Shown: positions 1 to 9,635 of the stretch, piece by piece | Layout of the letters: each line of letters opens with the position of its first letter | Position numbering within the stretch: position 1 is the stretch's first letter | Assembly (NCBI GenBank): GCA_001771185.1 | Contig: METB01000001.1 | Span: 375,200 to 439,199 of the forward strand | Source of the DNA: a candidate division Kazan bacterium RIFCSPHIGHO2_01_FULL_44_14 | GTDB lineage: Bacteria; Patescibacteriota; Kazan-3B-28 | Direction: 5' to 3' | DNA length: 64,000 bases | Translations under genes and position numbers: made by a program | Notes under the pieces: model-generated | Databases searched by the model: none | Told to the model about the DNA's origin: nothing | What the model saw: the letters and a program-made list of their open reading frames with translations, nothing else

Positions 1-1794
1 GTGGTGACTGAAAAAGGTAATTATCACGCCAAAGCGGTCATAGTGGTTAATGGTGAATTGCTCTTGGTTGACCCAGAACAACCCGGTAAAAGGGAAGCCG
101 TTGAAGCCGTCCAGGCCTTTGAGCTTTCAAGGGTTGGGTTAGACCAGCTACTCACTGGGCTTGGGGTCCATCCCGAAGATAAAGAGTGGATTACAAAAAA
201 TGTTTTGGTCTTTGATGGAGACAAGAATTATCGCAAAGAGTCCATAGTCAAACCAACCGACCGAATGACCGAATATGAAAAAGCCATCAATGATTATGTG
301 TCGGGCGGAACTGATATTGCAGGGACTCCTTTGGAGAACAAAGCAGAACGAAAGCAATATAGAATCAATATTAACCAAGAATATAAATTGGCTCAACAAG
401 CATTGACTGCCGAAGAGCAGGAACAAATCAAAACCGAGCTAAAAGAATACTACGACCGATATCATTATCCCAATGCTGAATATAATGATCCGGACGCCAT
501 TAAAATGAGTAGCGGGTTAAAAGCGGAGCACTTGGGCCGACTGGATAAGGCCTTTGAAAACGACCTTGAAAGAGCGGTAGTGTCCTATGCTTATCTCAAG
601 ACCATTTTAAGTACACCAGAGAAACGAGCAGAACAAACTAAATATATAGAAAGCCAACTCGGCCATTACTCACATCTTGATTTGGACAACGCCAGAAAAG
701 TCATCAAGACAACAGCCATAACTTCAGTGGATAAGCTTACTTTGGGTCAGAGAGCAAAACTCCGAATTGATTTTGACAAAAAAAATCCGATTTACAGTCC
801 CTATCTGAAACTGCTTCGGACTAGACAAGCGGTACGAGGACTCACCAACACCGAACAGGACTATTTAATCAAGCATGGCAACTTAAAGATGGGAGTCGAG
901 CGACCGGCGGAGAAACCAGAGCCGTCAGTATTGGGCTCATTGGATTATGACAATCAAGAAAAAGAGTGGGTTGCCGGAGCCAATAATGAATTTGTCGGAG
1001 CAAGAAAAAAGAAAAGTAATATTGAACAAAAAGCCAGGGAAATCAGAAAATCGTTCGAAGTCACTGACTCTGGGGCTTTGCGTAAACAGCTCGACCAACT
1101 GTCTGACCAGCAAAAAATCTCCGAGCTCAAACATCAACTTGGTGCACTATTTTCTGGTGGTCAGAAAGAGGGGAAAACCACAAAACCAACAAAGAAAATT
1201 GAAGACAGCCCTATAGGACCAGAAACATTACCTGGCGCTGAACAGATAGTACTTCCAAATGACCAAGAACTCGTCGAATTTTTAGGGGAGAAACTAGATA
1301 AATATTACGAACTATACGAACAAGGAGACAAAAAAACCGAGCAAAAGATGGCAAACATTTTCGCTCTTTTGAAAGAGCTTGTACACGAAGGGGTTATTGA
1401 TAAAACAGAATTTGCAGAAGAAATGAGCCGACGGTTGTTATCTAATGAGGTAGTACTAGACCATGGATACAGCCAGAAGGACCAGGATAAGTATTTTGAA
1501 TCCGCCTACAATAAAGTGAAGGATTATGTTGATAATTACCGTAAAATATCCGACCAAGAAAAACAGGACCGAAAGCAAGCTATTGCCGACGGAATGTTTG
1601 CCCAACGCGGGAGTGAAGTGCTCGTCAGCGACTTAAAGCCAAATATGGTATTTGAAGGCAATGTTTATGCACCAGGTGTTCAAACCCCCGGTTGGTCAGA
1701 CCTTTTGATACCCAAAAACAGACCTCTGTCCCAGGAGGAAATCACGCGCATAAAAACTAAGTTCCCGGGCTCAAAGCTCTCAGTGGGGAAGTAA
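1..1794 (+). CDS. Large hypothetical protein, 5'-truncated by the window edge; charged and largely helical
   Basis: 597-aa ORF open from base 1; no recognisable family motif. Confidence 0.7.
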   Translation: MVTEKGNYHAKAVIVVNGELLLVDPEQPGKREAVEAVQAFELSRVGLDQLLTGLGVHPEDKEWITKNVLVFDGDKNYRKESIVKPTDRMTEYEKAINDYVSGGTDIAGTPLENKAERKQYRININQEYKLAQQALTAEEQEQIKTELKEYYDRYHYPNAEYNDPDAIKMSSGLKAEHLGRLDKAFENDLERAVVSYAYLKTILSTPEKRAEQTKYIESQLGHYSHLDLDNARKVIKTTAITSVDKLTLGQRAKLRIDFDKKNPIYSPYLKLLRTRQAVRGLTNTEQDYLIKHGNLKMGVERPAEKPEPSVLGSLDYDNQEKEWVAGANNEFVGARKKKSNIEQKAREIRKSFEVTDSGALRKQLDQLSDQQKISELKHQLGALFSGGQKEGKTTKPTKKIEDSPIGPETLPGAEQIVLPNDQELVEFLGEKLDKYYELYEQGDKKTEQKMANIFALLKELVHEGVIDKTEFAEEMSRRLLSNEVVLDHGYSQKDQDKYFESAYNKVKDYVDNYRKISDQEKQDRKQAIADGMFAQRGSEVLVSDLKPNMVFEGNVYAPGVQTPGWSDLLIPKNRPLSQEEITRIKTKFPGSKLSVGK

Positions 1795-1816
1795 CATCGG
1801 GTTTCTCTGGTCTCCG

Positions 1817-3607
1817 CTAAACCTCAATCACCACAGGCAGGACTAGTGGGCGACGTTCGGTTTCGCGGAAGAGAAATTCACCCACGCTTTCACGGAGCTT
1901 GGTCTTGATATTAGTCCAGTCATCCGGCACTTTGCCAGTATGCTCTGCAAAAATCTCTTTCACTTTTTGACGGGTCTGATTAATCAGGTCGCCTTTTTCC
2001 CGCATATAGACAAACCCGCGGGAAATGATATCCGGACTACCGACGATTTTGCCGTTTCTATCAACCAGAGCGATTAACACAATCATCCCTTCCCTGGCCA
2101 TGGCTTGACGATCGCGAAGAACGACCTCTTTGACATCGCCTACCCCTAAACCATCTACCATGATAGAACCGACTGGGATTTTTTGGCTACCCTTGCGAGC
2201 TTTGCCTTGGCGAAATTCAACCACATCACCGTCTTCTATAATCAAAATATTGGCAGGACGGATTCCGGTCTCTAGTGCCACCTCTTTGTGAGACACCAAC
2301 ATGTGGTATTCGCCATGTACTGGGATAAACCAGCGCGGACGAACCATCTCTAGCATCTGTTTCATTTCATCGCGGTAAGCATGGCCAGTGACATGCACCT
2401 GCATCTTTTTGTCGAAGATAACATTGGCACCCTGCCGATAAAGATTGTTAATCACGGCGTTGATTGAGCGTTCATTACCGGGGATAGCCGAAGAGGAAAT
2501 CACCACCGTATCACCAGTCCCCAGTTTGACTTGCTTGTGTTCACCAAACGCCATCCGCTGAAGTGCCGAACCCTCTTGTCCTTGGCTACCCGTACTCAAA
2601 ATCACAATTTGAGAATCGGGATACTTTTTGATATTCCGCAAATCGACCATCAGACCTTTAGGGGTCTTAATATAACCGGCTTTACTGGCGACATCGAAAT
2701 ATTTAATCATGCTTCGACCAGTAATCGCGACTTTCCGCCGATACTTCACAGCGGCGGCGATGACGTGTTGCATTCGGTCGATCCGGGAAGCAAAGGAGGC
2801 CACGATCAACCGACCACGAGTGTTGGCAAAAATTTCCATAAAGGCATCCGCAATCACTTGCTCGGACGGGGTCCGACCAGGAGTGTGAACATTGGTGCTT
2901 TCGCTCATCAGAAGCAGTGGTCGCTCCCGACCAATTTGCTCAAACTTAGCATAGTCGGCCTGAATCCCATCGGGCGGGGTGGGGTCGAATTTGAAATCGC
3001 CAGTGTAAATGACTTTGCCTTCCGGAGTATCGACAATAATGGAAAAAGCATCAGGGATACTGTGATTGACCCGAGCAAAGGAAACCGTAAAAACGCCCAA
3101 CCGAATTCGGTCGGTGGGCTGATAGGTAATAACTTTAACATTGCCGGTATCAGAGAATTCTTCCAGGTTGACTTTGATTAACTCGGCGGCTAACCGCGGG
3201 GCATAAACCGGCACACCCAGACGAGGAACAACATGTTGAATAGCGCCAATATGATCTTCGTGACCGTGAGTGATGATAATCCCGCGGAGCTTTTTTTGGT
3301 TGCGCTCTAGGTAGGTTGTGTCCGGAATCACATAGTCAATCCCAGGCATTGATTCGTCTGGCATCATCATCCCGCAATCAAGCACGATAATATCGTTGCC
3401 GTATTCGACTACGATCATATTTTTACCCATACCGCCAACCCCACCCAAAGGAATAACTTTGAGAGTAGGAGCCCCGGAAGGGCGATGGACAGGACGACTG
3501 GCGACTGGCCGGCGATGCGATGGATGAGCCGAACGCGACGGATGAACCGGACGAGATGACCGAGACGAGTGAGTTGGCCGAGACGGCCGAGCAGAACGAT
3601 TATTCAT
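1817..3607 (-). CDS. rnj: Ribonuclease J (beta-CASP metallo-beta-lactamase) with low-complexity R/S/H/P N-terminal tail
   Basis: IITHGHEDHIGA, NHSIPD, YTGDFKFD and HVTGHA motifs; C-terminal RRPLVLPVVIEV. Confidence 0.96.
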   Translation of the reverse strand: MNNRSARPSRPTHSSRSSRPVHPSRSAHPSHRRPVASRPVHRPSGAPTLKVIPLGGVGGMGKNMIVVEYGNDIIVLDCGMMMPDESMPGIDYVIPDTTYLERNQKKLRGIIITHGHEDHIGAIQHVVPRLGVPVYAPRLAAELIKVNLEEFSDTGNVKVITYQPTDRIRLGVFTVSFARVNHSIPDAFSIIVDTPEGKVIYTGDFKFDPTPPDGIQADYAKFEQIGRERPLLLMSESTNVHTPGRTPSEQVIADAFMEIFANTRGRLIVASFASRIDRMQHVIAAAVKYRRKVAITGRSMIKYFDVASKAGYIKTPKGLMVDLRNIKKYPDSQIVILSTGSQGQEGSALQRMAFGEHKQVKLGTGDTVVISSSAIPGNERSINAVINNLYRQGANVIFDKKMQVHVTGHAYRDEMKQMLEMVRPRWFIPVHGEYHMLVSHKEVALETGIRPANILIIEDGDVVEFRQGKARKGSQKIPVGSIMVDGLGVGDVKEVVLRDRQAMAREGMIVLIALVDRNGKIVGSPDIISRGFVYMREKGDLINQTRQKVKEIFAEHTGKVPDDWTNIKTKLRESVGEFLFRETERRPLVLPVVIEV

Positions 3608-3617
3608 AGATGAGTCC

Positions 3618-4229
3618 TTAGAAGATAGATGATTGAACCGAGAGGGTGGGGGACTTGGTTTCTGACAATTGGTCGATTTTGCCCAGTAAAATCGGGATTT
3701 TTTTGAAATCGGACATCAGGGTGGCTCGCAGTCGCGGGTCATAGAGTGCGGCGGCTGGATGATAAATTGGGAAAAAGATTTGATTACCCCTGCGTTTGGC
3801 CGTCCCGCGAATTTCGGAAATTTTTTCGGCCGGTAGAAACCAATGCAGTGCGTGACGGCCAAGTAAAACAATTAATTTTGGCTGAATCAAAGCCAATTCG
3901 CGAGTTAAAAACGATTTATGTTCCTCCACCTCTTCGGGCAGAGGGTCACGATTCTCGGGCGGACGGCATTTCACTACATTAGTGATATAAATATCTTCTC
4001 GCTGCCAACCGATCGTGGACAAGGCCTCGGCCAAAAGTTTCCCAGCCGAACCAACAAATGGATGACCGAGTTCATCTTCCATTTTGCCGGGGGCCTCACC
4101 GATAAACACAACCGGACTATTAATGTTGCCGTCGCCCGGAACAGCTTGTTGACACCCACCTCTTAGAGAACAATGATGGGATTTGATCTCTGCGACTAGC
4201 TTGGCAAATTGACTGCTTTTATCTGACAT
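3618..4229 (-). CDS. Uracil-DNA glycosylase, family 4 type
   Basis: FIGEAPG..ED..G.PFVG, NVVKCRPPENRDP and YHPAA motifs. Confidence 0.93.
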   Translation of the reverse strand: MSDKSSQFAKLVAEIKSHHCSLRGGCQQAVPGDGNINSPVVFIGEAPGKMEDELGHPFVGSAGKLLAEALSTIGWQREDIYITNVVKCRPPENRDPLPEEVEEHKSFLTRELALIQPKLIVLLGRHALHWFLPAEKISEIRGTAKRRGNQIFFPIYHPAAALYDPRLRATLMSDFKKIPILLGKIDQLSETKSPTLSVQSSIF

Positions 4230-4473
4230 AAAACCAAATGAGTGCTACAACCACAGCTCCGAGTAGGAGCCACCCCCAGCCAGAGCCAGAACTGCTTTTG
4301 GGTTCATGGCGCTTGATTGACTGTGGGTTAACCACATAATCATTTTGGGGAGGTAAAAAGATTTGGCGGGCTTTCACTAACTTGGCTTGAGTCCGGCCAA
4401 GCTCCGTGGCACAACGCCCACAAAAAATAGTGGTGGGAGAATTATCGTGCCCGCAATTGTGGCAATGTGCCAT
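4219..4473 (-). CDS. Small zinc-ribbon membrane protein
   Basis: CHNC...CGRC motif and C-terminal TM helix; packed between pnp and udg. Confidence 0.7.
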   Translation of the reverse strand: MAHCHNCGHDNSPTTIFCGRCATELGRTQAKLVKARQIFLPPQNDYVVNPQSIKRHEPKSSSGSGWGWLLLGAVVVALIWFYVR

Positions 4474-4476
4474 AAA

Positions 4477-6579
4477 CTATTGCTTACTAGAGTCACCATC
4501 GAGAGTTGCTTTGTGGGAAAGATTGATTCGTCCGAGATTATCAATCTCTGTAACTACCACATCTAGCATATCACCCTCTTTGACCACATCGGTTACCCGA
4601 TCAATTCGACGGTCAGCCAATTGCGAAATATGGACAAGCCCTTCCCGACCAGGGAGAACTTCCACAAAAGCACCAAAGTCCATAATTCGAGTGACTCGGC
4701 CGTGGAATTTTTCGCCGGGTTTGATTTCGCGCATCATGTCGCGAATAGTTTGAGCGGCTTGCTCTCCCAATTTGGGGTCGCTAGAAGTAATGAAGGCGTT
4801 GCCGTCTTCTTCAATCGAGATATTGGTCACCCCCTTACCGCCAGCTCGATCAATAATCTCATTAATTACCCGCCCGCCCGGTCCAATCACTTCACCAATT
4901 CGGTCTTGTGGGACTTTGACCACAATCACCCGAGGCGCAAATGGGGATAGTTCAGGACGAGGAGCGGAAATAATCTTGCCCATTTCCGCCAACAAAAATT
5001 CGCGGGCTTGCTTGGCTTGGGCCAAGGCCTCGCTCATAATTTGCTTAGTAATCCCAGCTACTTTAATATCCATTTGAAGAGCCGTAATCCCATCCCGACT
5101 GCCAGCCACTTTAAAGTCCATATCGCCGTTGAAGTCCTCAATCCCGGCGATGTCAGTTAGAATTTTGTATTTGCCTTCACCAGTAACCAAGCCCATGGCG
5201 ATTCCAGCAACTGGTTTCTTAATTGGCACCCCAGCGTCCATCAAAGACAGGGTACTACCACAGACCGAAGCCATCGAACTGGAACCATTACTGGCCAAGA
5301 TTTCCGATACTACCCGGATGGTGTACGGGAAATCTTCGCGAGAGGGAATCATGGGCATCAATGCCCGTTCAGCTAAAGCCCCGTGACCAATTTCCCGTCT
5401 ACCAGTAGTCCGCATTGGTTTAACTTCACCGGTTGCATAGGGAGGAAAATTGTAGTGATGCATATACCGTTTAGTAGTGTCTAATTCCATCGTGTCCAAA
5501 ACCTGCTCGTCGTCTAGTGACCCTAAGGTAACCGTTGAGAGAGCTTGGGTTTCCCCTCGAGTGAATAGAGCCGAACCGTGAGGCCGTGGCAAAACGCCGA
5601 CCTCAATTGACAAGGGACGGATTTGATCCAACTTGCGGCCATCAGGACGCTTGTCGTGTTCTAAAATATTCCGACGGAATTCTTCGCTAACTACTTTTGA
5701 AAAGATGTCAGCCACCACTGCTTCGGGGTTTTCCTCACTAATGAATTCTTCCCAAATGGCCTGCCGCAAAGTATCCAACTTAGTATTGCGAACGATCTTT
5801 TCGGGATGATATAGGGCCTCTTCAAGTTGGCCACCCAGCCGAGTGGCGATATTGGTCTTAAGTTCTGCCGGAGTAGTTGTCACTTCATATTTATCATTCG
5901 CGACATTCAGACGCTTGACTAATTCATGCTGAATCTCGATGGCTGGCTGAAGTGATTTGTGCGCAAATTCGATTGCATCAACCATCTTGGCTTCAGATAC
6001 TTCCAAAGCCCCGGCCTCAACCATCATAATTGCATCTCTAGTCCCGGCTACCACTAAATCAAGCTGACTTTTGGCCCGCTGTTCGTAAGTTGGGTTGAGA
6101 ATAAATTTGTCATCAACTAGTCCAACCCGAACCCCAGCCACTGGACCATTGAAAGGCGCCCCGGCCTGCATCAACGCCGCCGAAGCAGCCGTAATTGATA
6201 ATACATCCGGATCATGAACTAGGTCGGCTGATAGAACTGTGATGACTACCTGGACATCATTATGGAAGCCCTTTGGGAAAAGGGGACGCAGAGGACGATC
6301 AATCAGCCGAGCTGACAAAATGGCATCCTCACTTGGACGGCCTTCTCGCTTGATAAACCGGCTACCCGAAATCTTGCCGGAAGCATAAAACCGCTCCTCA
6401 TAATCGATCATCAATGGGAAGAAATCAATATTCTCCCGCGGGGTTGCAGCTACCACAGCGGTAGCCAACACCACCGTGTCACCAATCCGCAAAGTAACTG
6501 ACCCATTGGCTAGTCCGGCTAGCCGACCAGTTTCCAACGTAAGCTTGGCTTCGCCAAGCTGGGTTTCAAATTTTTCCAT
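4477..6579 (-). CDS. pnp: Polyribonucleotide nucleotidyltransferase (PNPase)
   Basis: RLIDRPLRPLFP, GRREIGHG, SNGSSSMAS and GDMDFKVAG motifs plus KH and S1 domains; start moved to ATG 6579. Confidence 0.97.
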   Translation of the reverse strand: MEKFETQLGEAKLTLETGRLAGLANGSVTLRIGDTVVLATAVVAATPRENIDFFPLMIDYEERFYASGKISGSRFIKREGRPSEDAILSARLIDRPLRPLFPKGFHNDVQVVITVLSADLVHDPDVLSITAASAALMQAGAPFNGPVAGVRVGLVDDKFILNPTYEQRAKSQLDLVVAGTRDAIMMVEAGALEVSEAKMVDAIEFAHKSLQPAIEIQHELVKRLNVANDKYEVTTTPAELKTNIATRLGGQLEEALYHPEKIVRNTKLDTLRQAIWEEFISEENPEAVVADIFSKVVSEEFRRNILEHDKRPDGRKLDQIRPLSIEVGVLPRPHGSALFTRGETQALSTVTLGSLDDEQVLDTMELDTTKRYMHHYNFPPYATGEVKPMRTTGRREIGHGALAERALMPMIPSREDFPYTIRVVSEILASNGSSSMASVCGSTLSLMDAGVPIKKPVAGIAMGLVTGEGKYKILTDIAGIEDFNGDMDFKVAGSRDGITALQMDIKVAGITKQIMSEALAQAKQAREFLLAEMGKIISAPRPELSPFAPRVIVVKVPQDRIGEVIGPGGRVINEIIDRAGGKGVTNISIEEDGNAFITSSDPKLGEQAAQTIRDMMREIKPGEKFHGRVTRIMDFGAFVEVLPGREGLVHISQLADRRIDRVTDVVKEGDMLDVVVTEIDNLGRINLSHKATLDGDSSKQ

Positions 6580-6614
6580 CTTACTCCTTTTATCCGGAAA
6601 ACCCGGGCAGTCCC

Positions 6615-6693
6615 TGGGCGAGTGAGGCAAAGTCAGGAGTAAAAATAAATCCTGTCAACCGATTTACGCTTACTGCTGACTTCACTTGACCCA
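6615..6693 (-). promoter_or_regulatory. Long imperfect hairpin in the rpsO-pnp intergenic leader (candidate RNase III site)
   Basis: Stacked pairings AGTGA/TCACT, AAGTCAG/CTGACTT, AGTAA/TTACT and GTAAATC/GATTTAT. Confidence 0.55.
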
Positions 6694-6696
6694 AAA

Positions 6697-6966
6697 CTAC
6701 TTCCGAATCTTCAATTTTTTAATGACGCTATTATAAACTTTTACATTATGGGTTTCGAGGTAGGCCAGCAGTTTGCGCCGGTTGCCTACCATCTTGAACA
6801 GACCATGCCGGGAGTGAAAATCCTTGGCATGGGTTTTGAGATGCTTGGTTAATTCATTAATTTTCTCGGTCAACAAGGCAATTTGCACCTCTGCCGAACC
6901 AGTATCCTTTTCGTGAGACCGATGCTCGGAGATGATTTTTTTCTTTTTTTCAGCTTGAATAGCCAT
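6697..6966 (-). CDS. rpsO: 30S ribosomal protein S15
   Basis: [26 protein letters not shown] motif; start ATG 6966. Confidence 0.97.
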   Translation of the reverse strand: MAIQAEKKKKIISEHRSHEKDTGSAEVQIALLTEKINELTKHLKTHAKDFHSRHGLFKMVGNRRKLLAYLETHNVKVYNSVIKKLKIRK

Positions 6967-7039
6967 AAATAACTCTAAAAACTTACCCAGCAATAATATC
7001 ACCTAGGGAGAACAAAATCAAGGGTTTAATCGGAGAATT

Positions 7040-8221
7040 CTAGGCCTCCAGCGCCTCTTTTTCTTGACTGCCCAGAGGAGCTCCTCCGAGCCGACGAGTT
7101 TGGTATTCGCGGACTTTTTCGAGAACAATTGGTTCGGCTTCGCTAATGGTCATGTCGAGCAACTTAAACCCGGCTGCTCCCGGATGCCCACCACCACCAA
7201 ACAGACCAGCCACTTCCATGGCATCTACCCCTTTAGCGGTCCGGATGCTTCCAGAGACGACTCGCGCTTCTTTCTCAGACAACAACAGCACAATGTCGGC
7301 ACCAGGGATACTGGTCATTAATTCGTCAATTAAACCACTGGCTTCTTCTGAACTAGCACCGGTGCTAATAAGGTCCTCTGGGGTAACCGTTGCCCAAGCC
7401 AATTTGGTAGTCATATCAAACTGGATCCGAGATAACACCTGCCCCCAGAGTTTGAGCTGAGACAAGGGCTTGGTCTTAAACAAATGCTTGATGATTTCCT
7501 GCTGACGAGCGCCAAAGCCAACTAATTGGGCCGCAACCGTCAGCGACTTGGGGGTAGTATTGGCATTTTGGAACGAGCCGGTATCGGAAATGATCCCGGT
7601 CAACAAACAAGTGGCGATTTCAGGGTCGATCAGATTCGGCCCCAGCGCTTCAATTAAACCAATTAAAATTTCGGCTGTGGAAGTGGCGGTGAGATCAACT
7701 AAATTAACACTGCCAAAATAAGCGTTGCTAGCATGATGATCAATATTGATGACTGGGACTTCCTGGAATAGGGTAGGGTATCGGTCGTAGGCCTGACCCA
7801 ATTGATGTAAGTCAGCAGCGTCTAGCACAATGATTGCATCATACTTGAACTGCCCCTGAACAAAACTAACATTCTCCGGCTGATACCGACCTCGCTTGGG
7901 CGTAATAATAATGTTCAACTTACCGTCTTCAAAGTTGTAAGACAGTTTGTCGGCTTCGGCCACGGGGCTATCGAGAGTGATGATAAAATCACGAACCCCG
8001 TCAATATCGGTCGCCACCTCGCTGATACTTGGTAAAAATTGATAGACCTGGCTGACAGGATCGAGAATCCCCAAAGACACTTCCTTGTTGAGTTTTTTAA
8101 AAACCTGTAGTAGCGCTAGAGCTGAACCGACCGAATCGCCGTCTGGTCGGCTCGGCACGACCAATATCCGCTGGGCGCGGTTGATTAACTCGACGGTCTG
8201 TTGCTTGGGAGTCGTTTCCAT
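7040..8221 (-). CDS. DHH/DHHA1 phosphoesterase (NrnA-like nanoRNase) with an internal insertion
   Basis: PDGDSVGS, NIDHH, DTGSF and GGGGHPGAAG motifs. Confidence 0.9.
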   Translation of the reverse strand: METTPKQQTVELINRAQRILVVPSRPDGDSVGSALALLQVFKKLNKEVSLGILDPVSQVYQFLPSISEVATDIDGVRDFIITLDSPVAEADKLSYNFEDGKLNIIITPKRGRYQPENVSFVQGQFKYDAIIVLDAADLHQLGQAYDRYPTLFQEVPVINIDHHASNAYFGSVNLVDLTATSTAEILIGLIEALGPNLIDPEIATCLLTGIISDTGSFQNANTTPKSLTVAAQLVGFGARQQEIIKHLFKTKPLSQLKLWGQVLSRIQFDMTTKLAWATVTPEDLISTGASSEEASGLIDELMTSIPGADIVLLLSEKEARVVSGSIRTAKGVDAMEVAGLFGGGGHPGAAGFKLLDMTISEAEPIVLEKVREYQTRRLGGAPLGSQEKEALEA

Positions 8222-8327
8222 ATTTGACAGCTCAACATACTGAAATAATCGGGAGGTGTCAATCGAACTCGGCTATTTACAGTTCCACTAATAGGCATTA
8301 CTCTAGGGTCTGTAAGAACTTCTTATG

Positions 8328-8460
8328 CCTAGTAGAGAATTTTAGAATAATTATATTATCACCAATATAATCACCTCCTAGAAAGTCACATCTCTCTAGA
8401 CAAACAAGTTGCCAGTAGCCACTATAATAAAAATACTACTTTCTAAAATCTTCTACTGGG
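8328..8460 (+). mobile_element. CCCGTTAG-family MITE-like element (degenerate) upstream of rpsT
   Basis: Ends CCTAGTAGAGAATTTTAGAA / TTCTAAAATCTTCTACTGGG; TATG(CC) on both sides. Confidence 0.6.
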
Positions 8461-8461
8461 T

Positions 8462-8695
8462 ATGCCAATTATTAAGTCAGCCAAAAAACAGGTTCGCAGC
8501 TCGGCCAAAAAACGCCGACTAAATGCGACTCGGCGTCGAACAATGAAAGAAGCCGTCAAGCAAGTTCGGACTACTCCTTCGGCTGAAAAACTCCGGGTGG
8601 CTTTTAAAGCCCTCGACAAAGCGGCTAAGCGGGGAATAGTGCATCGGAATAAAGCCGCTCGGCTAAAGTCCCGCTTGAGTAAAGCAATTAAGTAG
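8462..8695 (+). CDS. rpsT: 30S ribosomal protein S20
   Basis: MPIIKSAKK...LDKAAKRGIVHRNKAARLKSRL. Confidence 0.96.
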   Translation: MPIIKSAKKQVRSSAKKRRLNATRRRTMKEAVKQVRTTPSAEKLRVAFKALDKAAKRGIVHRNKAARLKSRLSKAIK

Positions 8696-9635
8696 TAGCT
8701 AAAGTTAGCGTAAATAAATCAAGAGCGTCCGAGGGATCGTACGCCCCGATTTTGATTTGCCAATCAAAGTGAGCCAACCGCTGATAGGCCCGAACTAGTT
8801 GGGACCTCTGAAACCGGGCTGTTATCTGCCAATTAGCCCTAACTACGAATGGTGGCAACTGTGTTAACCTAGCCCCGTCACTCATTTGGACACCGGCAGT
8901 TTTTAAATCACTAATCCGAATTAGATTGCGCAATTGATAGGCAATCGCCCCCATCAACCGAGTTTCGTCTTCGCCCGCCAGCAAACTAGTCGCTACAATT
9001 CGGTGGGCCGAGTTTAAATCCCGACCCAAGGCCGAAGTGACCAAAGCGAAAATGTTAGTTTCCAATGAATCGGTCACTAATAAATCAACGGTGGCTTGGG
9101 TAACGGGCTGTCCATCGGCATAGGCAAACAATTTATTTAATTCATTCTCTACCCGCCAAAGATTGCCACCGGTCTTGGTCAACAAACACTCCAGCACGGC
9201 CGGATTGATTGCCACCCCTCGTTTTTGGGCTAAGCCCTGCACCACCCGGCGTAAAGCCACCCCACCCAGAGGGATAAATTCTTCGGCTTGTTTGGGCTGG
9301 TTGAGTAATTTAAATAATGATTGGCGCTTATCAAATGGTTGGGTTTCGTAAAAAATTGCCGTGACTTCTTCCGGTAACCCGGACTTCAATAAATTAACTA
9401 ACGCGGTTTTAACTTCAGCCGAAGCGCCAGACAATGTATCAGACAGGATCACTAGCCGAGGGCCACCCAATAGAGTTTGAGCCAACAAAACAGACCGTAG
9501 GTTATACCCAGTTAAATCAGTCCCTAGCAGCATCGCTAAATTATCTACCGGGTGCTTACTTAAAAATTTCTGCCGGATTGCAGTCAGTTTGACTTTGGCC
9601 TGATAAGTATCTTCACCGTGAAGCAATAAAATCAT
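8688..9635 (-). CDS. holA: DNA polymerase III delta subunit
   Basis: MILLLHGED start, NELNKL, NIFALV and D.QIK.G motifs; convergent with rpsT as commonly seen. Confidence 0.88.
   Translation of the reverse strand: MILLLHGEDTYQAKVKLTAIRQKFLSKHPVDNLAMLLGTDLTGYNLRSVLLAQTLLGGPRLVILSDTLSGASAEVKTALVNLLKSGLPEEVTAIFYETQPFDKRQSLFKLLNQPKQAEEFIPLGGVALRRVVQGLAQKRGVAINPAVLECLLTKTGGNLWRVENELNKLFAYADGQPVTQATVDLLVTDSLETNIFALVTSALGRDLNSAHRIVATSLLAGEDETRLMGAIAYQLRNLIRISDLKTAGVQMSDGARLTQLPPFVVRANWQITARFQRSQLVRAYQRLAHFDWQIKIGAYDPSDALDLFTLTLATT

Noticed and set aside
2531-3181. Long antisense ORFs opposite rnj and other core genes
   Set aside because: Shadow ORFs of conserved genes with no motifs.
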